DNA of 64,000 nucleotides from an uncultured Bacteroidota bacterium (GTDB lineage Bacteria; Bacteroidota; Bacteroidia; Chitinophagales; Chitinophagaceae): NCBI GenBank assembly GCA_903903635.1, contig CAIUZK010000142.1, positions 11,037 to 75,036 of the forward strand, read 5' to 3'. Shown piece by piece: positions 59,052 to 64,000 of this stretch (position 1 is its first letter; each line of letters starts with the position of its first letter). The notes under the pieces were generated by a model. It saw only the letters and a program-made list of their open reading frames with translations, ran no database searches and was not told where the DNA came from. The position numbers and the translations under genes were made by a program.

Positions 59052-60482
59052 ATGATCATGAAAAAAATTCTTTGCACAATTGCTTGTTTATCGGTTTTTG
59101 CATATGCAGGTAAGGCACAACATTATTTAGGGGTTGCTACCGGTCAGTATAACGCTATAAACAGTTTATACATCAATCCATCCAGCATATCAGGTTGCGG
59201 AGAAAAGATTGTTGTTAATTTGTTTTCCTTGAATGTAGGCGTTGATAATAATCTGGGAACTTTTACGCAATTGAGCAACATTTCAAGCGGAAGCACCAAT
59301 ACTTTCAATATTTCAGGAAACCAGAACTTCAGTATGCTGGTTCCGGTTTTAGATGCCAGATTGCCTTCGGTATTAGTAAGCCTCAATGATAAACTTAAGC
59401 AAAGTTTCGCTGTAACAACCCGATTACGGGCTTTTAATCAGTTCAATCATTTCGACCCCAATCTTTATAGCTCCATTACAAACGGAAACCATACAGCGCA
59501 GGAAAATTATGTATTTCAGTCGAGTGGTTTTAACTGGACTGCACATGTATGGAGCGAAATCGGTGTTAGTTATGCATTACAGGTTATGGAATCCGGTCCG
59601 CATAAGATCAATGCAGGAGTTACCGTACGTTACCTGGGAGGTATCAGTTATTTAGGGCTTAAAGGAAAAAATCTGAATGTGTCATACAAGTCTGGAAATG
59701 ATACTTTTCACGCCACCCAGTCTGATCTCGAATTTGCAAGCAATGCAATTAACTCCAAATCGGTCGTGGCCAATGGTGTTCAGGTTTCTGAAGTGCTCAA
59801 TACTATTTTTAATTCAAGAGTTGGAGGTGGTATGGGTATGGACTTTGGTTTAACCTATACCTATCGCATGGGTGCAGAGGACGAATTTGGAGAACAAAGC
59901 GCAAACAGCCTTAACGGGCACAAACTGAAGGTTTCGGTAGCAGTTACAGATATAGGCGCTATAAAATATAATGATGCAAATAACTTCGTAGTTGATGTTA
60001 CCGGTAATGGCTATCTCACCGGAAAAGACCTGGCAGCAAATATAAAAGAATGGAATACATTCAGGAATTACATGGTTGGTCAGGGTTTTACTGCCGATAC
60101 CGGTAATAAAGCCACCAAAGTTTATATGCCTTCATCATTAAACGCAGGTATTGATTATCAGGTTTATAAACGTTTTTGTGTCAATGCTTCTTTCTTTACC
60201 AATCTGGCCAACAGGCTCAATTATGGAAATTCCTATTACAGTCAGGTGTCTATAACGCCACGGTACGATAGCAGGCGACTTTGTATTGCATTGCCATTAA
60301 CATATAGCATGCTTGCAAATGATATGAAAGTAGGATTCGGCTTCAGGTTTGCAGGTTTTTACATGGGTAGCGACGATATGATGGCATTGTTGAGCAACAA
60401 CCAGCATGGCTTTGGTGTGTATATGGGTGGATATATTCCTATATATAAAAAGGCTGCTAAGGCAAAGCCAAATACAATATAA
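59052..60482 (+). CDS. DUF5723 family outer membrane protein
   Basis: Signal peptide; NPSSI near the N-terminus, GMGMDFGLTY, TDIGAIKY, GSDD. Confidence 0.8.
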   Translation: MIMKKILCTIACLSVFAYAGKAQHYLGVATGQYNAINSLYINPSSISGCGEKIVVNLFSLNVGVDNNLGTFTQLSNISSGSTNTFNISGNQNFSMLVPVLDARLPSVLVSLNDKLKQSFAVTTRLRAFNQFNHFDPNLYSSITNGNHTAQENYVFQSSGFNWTAHVWSEIGVSYALQVMESGPHKINAGVTVRYLGGISYLGLKGKNLNVSYKSGNDTFHATQSDLEFASNAINSKSVVANGVQVSEVLNTIFNSRVGGGMGMDFGLTYTYRMGAEDEFGEQSANSLNGHKLKVSVAVTDIGAIKYNDANNFVVDVTGNGYLTGKDLAANIKEWNTFRNYMVGQGFTADTGNKATKVYMPSSLNAGIDYQVYKRFCVNASFFTNLANRLNYGNSYYSQVSITPRYDSRRLCIALPLTYSMLANDMKVGFGFRFAGFYMGSDDMMALLSNNQHGFGVYMGGYIPIYKKAAKAKPNTI

Positions 60483-60561
60483 TTGTACATATGTTTGGCT
60501 TTTTAGATAATATTATTAATTTAGAGCCATAAGTGTAGTTTTACATTCGAAAAAATATTAG

Positions 60562-62286
60562 ATGAAGCATAATTTTTACTCATCCCTGGTGCTTACCGGG
60601 TTGGTTTTTTTATCACCTTTTAGTTTGAAAGCACAGTACAATTTAGGTATTGCTACAAGCAACTGGAGTGGAACAAATGCCCTTAATCTCAATCCGGCAA
60701 ATATTGCCGATAGCAGGGAAAAACTGGTTATCGACATATTCTCAACCACTGCTGGCGTAGATAATAATCTGGGTACATTAAGTTCATTTAGTGGTATTAC
60801 CAGTGCCATCAATAAGGGTAATGTAAATAATCTGTTTACCTACTCCAACAATGCGACTTTCAGTTTGCTGGCTCCATACTTAAAAGTAAACCTCCCCGGT
60901 TTCATGTGGAGCATAAATAAAAACCACAGTGTTGCGCTTACCAATAGTGTGAATGCAATTAACCAGTTCAATAATTTTGACCAGTCACTTTTCCGTACTG
61001 TTGGCGATCCGAATTATGTAATCAATGTCAACGGCAACAGCGCCTATACTTCAAAGAACTTTAATTATACCGCTCACCTCTGGACTCAAACCGGTGTTAC
61101 CTATGCTGGTGTATTACTGGATCAGGATGAGCATGAAATAAAGATTGGCGCTACTTTGCGTTATCTGCGTGGTATTGGTTACATTGGTTTAAAGGGAAAT
61201 AATCTCGATGTTGTTTATAAATCCGGTGTTGACTCTGTCCATGTTTCCAATTCAGATATGGAGTTTGCAAGTAACATCCTCAACACGAAAAATGCAATTC
61301 TCAATGGTGCAACGAGCGGCAACCTGATGAGCCAGATTTTCGGAAGCGCAACAGGAAAAGGTATAGGTGGAGATTTTGGAGTGGTGTATGATTACATGCC
61401 CCAATATGCCCGTGAAGGCTACAATATGGATGGCATCCATATGACTGACCATTCAAGGAACAGGTATCTCCTTCGCTTTTCTGCATCCATAATGGATATC
61501 GGCGCCATTAGCTACAAAGCAGGCGATAACTCAAATGCAACTGTTACAGGCAATGGTTATATCACCGGTAAGGGTCTCTCGGATAGTGTAAAGAACTACG
61601 AAGATTTCAGGCATTATGCTATCCAGCATGGCTTTACAGCCGATACCACTCACCAGAATACAAAGGTGTACATGCCTACTACATTGCGCCTCAGTGCTGA
61701 CTACAATGTTTACAGGAACTTTTACCTGAATGCTACTTATGTCAGGAACCTTGCAAACCGTATGAATTTCGGCAATTCTTATTACAACCAGTTAACCATT
61801 ACGCCTCGCTTTGACAGGCGTATGTTGAGTATTGGCGTTCCTATTACCTACAGTGCTTTAACATCCAGTTATAAAGTAGGTGTTGGCGTTCGTTACAGCG
61901 GTGTTTTCATTGGCAGCGATGATATGCTGGCGCTGGTTGCGAATAAGCAGTCTGGCATTAATGTATATCTTGGCGGATATATTCCTTTCTACAAGTTGAG
62001 GAAAGGAGACAGGGACGGTGATGGCATTTCGGATGATAAAGATGAGTGCCCTGATGCATATGGTACATGGGAAAACAAGGGATGTCCTGAACCTGATGCA
62101 GAACATGGCGGCAGCGCTGATACAACAGACAATTGCCCTGATATGCCGCATGCTTATTTCATGGCGCCGTTGCATAATACTACCGGACAATCTCAGCTTT
62201 CTGAAGCTGTGCATGCTGTTAATATTAATGCAGCCGATGACAGAAAGATGAGGAGTGAAATGACAGAAGAAAAAAGGAAAAACTAA
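60562..62286 (+). CDS. DUF5723 family protein with a C-terminal thrombospondin type 3-like Ca-binding repeat
   Basis: Paralog of the upstream gene; DRDGDGISDDKDECPD...NKGCP; no OmpA domain follows. Confidence 0.8.
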   Translation: MKHNFYSSLVLTGLVFLSPFSLKAQYNLGIATSNWSGTNALNLNPANIADSREKLVIDIFSTTAGVDNNLGTLSSFSGITSAINKGNVNNLFTYSNNATFSLLAPYLKVNLPGFMWSINKNHSVALTNSVNAINQFNNFDQSLFRTVGDPNYVINVNGNSAYTSKNFNYTAHLWTQTGVTYAGVLLDQDEHEIKIGATLRYLRGIGYIGLKGNNLDVVYKSGVDSVHVSNSDMEFASNILNTKNAILNGATSGNLMSQIFGSATGKGIGGDFGVVYDYMPQYAREGYNMDGIHMTDHSRNRYLLRFSASIMDIGAISYKAGDNSNATVTGNGYITGKGLSDSVKNYEDFRHYAIQHGFTADTTHQNTKVYMPTTLRLSADYNVYRNFYLNATYVRNLANRMNFGNSYYNQLTITPRFDRRMLSIGVPITYSALTSSYKVGVGVRYSGVFIGSDDMLALVANKQSGINVYLGGYIPFYKLRKGDRDGDGISDDKDECPDAYGTWENKGCPEPDAEHGGSADTTDNCPDMPHAYFMAPLHNTTGQSQLSEAVHAVNINAADDRKMRSEMTEEKRKN

Positions 62287-62454
62287 TTATAGATTATTTA
62301 GACTAAGCTGCTGATCTTAAACTGATCAGGAAATATTGAAAATGCTGTTTTTAAAATCAGTAAATGAATTACCGATTTTAAAAACAGGTCTCATAATTCA
62401 GTCTAACTGAATATACTTATGACTGAAGCGAATTACGGACATTACAGTCACCGA

Positions 62455-63078
62455 TTAATTTTTCAATACCCTCTCTATTGCATTTATCCAATTTTCAAAC
62501 AATGCACTTTCTGTGGCGCACATATCTTCAGCCATTTGCCTCCAGTCAGGATGAAATACTTCAAGCATACGCTGCATTTCTTCAAGGTGGCCCTCCTCTT
62601 CCGCTATTATTGATTTCACATTTACTTTAGAATGAATCAAAGTAAGCACCTCCTGATAAATACCGTAAAGCATATCAGCGCGAACTTCGATAGCATAAGT
62701 GACCAGAAGATAGGCCCCATGCATCAATGCCCGACCTTCAAGATCAAGCTTATTTTTAAGATACCGGCATGCCAGTACATCCAATTGCCGCAGATAATGA
62801 TAACTCTCTACCGGGGCAAGCAGAAAGGGGTAAGAATAATCAGGGCAGGCATCTTTCGAAAGCTTGTTGATTTGTTTCTTCAGGTAATAAGCATGCCTTG
62901 CTTCTTCGGCAGCATGCTTCAGTACAATTATATTGGTATAAACAGGATGTTCGTATTTAGATATTTTTCGTGCGCCGGTATTTTCCATCATCGACAGGCA
63001 ATTGAGCCATTTCGCATGGAGTTCATTGTCTGTCACAATTCTATTTACAATGGTTCTTAGCTTTTCCTTTTGTTTCAT
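62455..63078 (-). CDS. Ferritin-like diiron-carboxylate protein downstream of bioA (BioE-like)
   Basis: Ligand pattern MMEN...EEARH...AIEVR...EEEGH; same strand as and directly after bioA. Confidence 0.7.
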   Translation of the reverse strand: MKQKEKLRTIVNRIVTDNELHAKWLNCLSMMENTGARKISKYEHPVYTNIIVLKHAAEEARHAYYLKKQINKLSKDACPDYSYPFLLAPVESYHYLRQLDVLACRYLKNKLDLEGRALMHGAYLLVTYAIEVRADMLYGIYQEVLTLIHSKVNVKSIIAEEEGHLEEMQRMLEVFHPDWRQMAEDMCATESALFENWINAIERVLKN

Positions 63079-63134
63079 TGGTGGCAAAAATAGGTCTTTG
63101 GTTGCAATGAAATTCCGGAAACAGGATCTGCCCA

Positions 63135-64000
63135 TCATGAAGCTAACAACTGAAGAAGCTCATTTATACACTTATATATGTAACCCAGCTCATTATCAGT
63201 GATACAGTAAGGAGGTAGTATATAAATGATATTCCCAAGTGGCCGCATAATTATTTTCTTACCAAGAAAAAAACGATACATAACATCTCTTAAGTTGTTG
63301 TGATAAGACGGAGTATCTGTAACTATTTCGATGGCAATTATAGTACCCATTTGTCTCACATCTGCCACCAAACTATGATCTCTGATTGTTTCAGCAAATG
63401 CGGCATGCGACCTGATAATGCGCCTCCTGTCTTCAGTGCAGCTATCAAGCAGAAGCAAGTCAAGACTGGCAAGGGCAGCGGCACATATAGTTGGGTTGGC
63501 GGTATAGGAATGACCATGATATAACATCTTATCAGCATCACCATAAAAAGCATCGAAAATATCCTGTGTCACTGCAGTAACCCCCATTGGCATAGCGCCT
63601 CCTGTAAGTCCTTTTGACAGACAAATAATGTCCGGACTTGTGTGAATATAATCGCATGCAAAAAGAGGCCCGGTGCGCCCGAATCCGGTCATCACTTCAT
63701 CGGCTATTATAAGTGCCCGGTACTTTTTGCATAACTGGAAAAGGATCTCCAATGTGTCTGCATCATACATCTGCATGCCTGCCGAGCCCTGCACCAATGG
63801 CTCTACAATAAAGGCGGCCACATCCCCATTCTGGAGATATCTTTCCAGCACAGCAACAGCATTATCTCCATTGCCACCGGCAGGTGAAGGAATGAAATCA
63901 ACTTCAAATAAAAAATCCGTAAAAGCCTCGGTGAATACACTCCTCCCGCTTACAGCCATTGCCCCAAATGTATCGCCATGATAAGCATTTTGCAAGGCCA
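63135..64000 (-). CDS. bioA: Adenosylmethionine-8-amino-7-oxononanoate transaminase (5' end outside the window)
   Basis: AYHGDTFGAM, EPLVQGSAGM, IADEVMTGFGRTG, LSKGLTGG, HGHSYTAN, RPLGNIIYILPPY. Confidence 0.96.
   Translation of the reverse strand, partial: ALQNAYHGDTFGAMAVSGRSVFTEAFTDFLFEVDFIPSPAGGNGDNAVAVLERYLQNGDVAAFIVEPLVQGSAGMQMYDADTLEILFQLCKKYRALIIADEVMTGFGRTGPLFACDYIHTSPDIICLSKGLTGGAMPMGVTAVTQDIFDAFYGDADKMLYHGHSYTANPTICAAALASLDLLLLDSCTEDRRRIIRSHAAFAETIRDHSLVADVRQMGTIIAIEIVTDTPSYHNNLRDVMYRFFLGKKIIMRPLGNIIYILPPYCITDNELGYIYKCINELLQLLAS

Noticed and set aside
1-64000. tRNA, rRNA, CRISPR array, prophage, intact IS
   Set aside because: No cloverleaf or T-loop signatures, rRNA-like stretches, regular repeat-spacer arrays, phage structural genes or transposases found by eye.

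Overview
Chromosomal segment of a Bacteroidota bacterium, probably Chitinophagales-like (T9SS cargo protein, GldM-like proteins, DUF5723 proteins, TAnnTTTG-type -7 promoter boxes). It very likely contains oriC at about 21.3-21.75 kb, between nadA and a PpiD/SurA-like gene. Support: a cluster of DnaA boxes, a Bacillus-like box/GC-spacer/DnaA-trio/AT-rich unwinding module, two parS sites at mnmG, and a C-rich to G-rich switch on the + strand. No dnaA is present, and dnaN lies alone 12 kb away. Most genes are housekeeping (mutL, mnmG, recX, apaG, nadA, alaS, dnaN, mqnC, scoAB, dinB, pdxJ, bioA). The accessory zone at 36-48 kb holds the most interesting items: (1) a four-helix-bundle gene enclosed by 33-34 bp inverted repeats that fills the scoA-scoB junction like a cassette; (2) an unannotated 50-aa ORF coupled to an ADP-ribosyltransferase-like gene (candidate toxin-antitoxin pair); (3) three signal-peptide proteins resembling only the distal domains of GldM, sharing a copied leader; (4) a mobile mystery A gene with three TAAG-N8-CTTA-type sites and only a stub of partner B; (5) a decayed group II intron 3' end; (6) a second, unexpected strand-composition flip near 41.4 kb. 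A BioE-like diiron protein follows bioA. No rRNA, tRNA or CRISPR array was seen. Family assignments come from motif recognition by eye, not database searches, and base counts are hand spot-counts.
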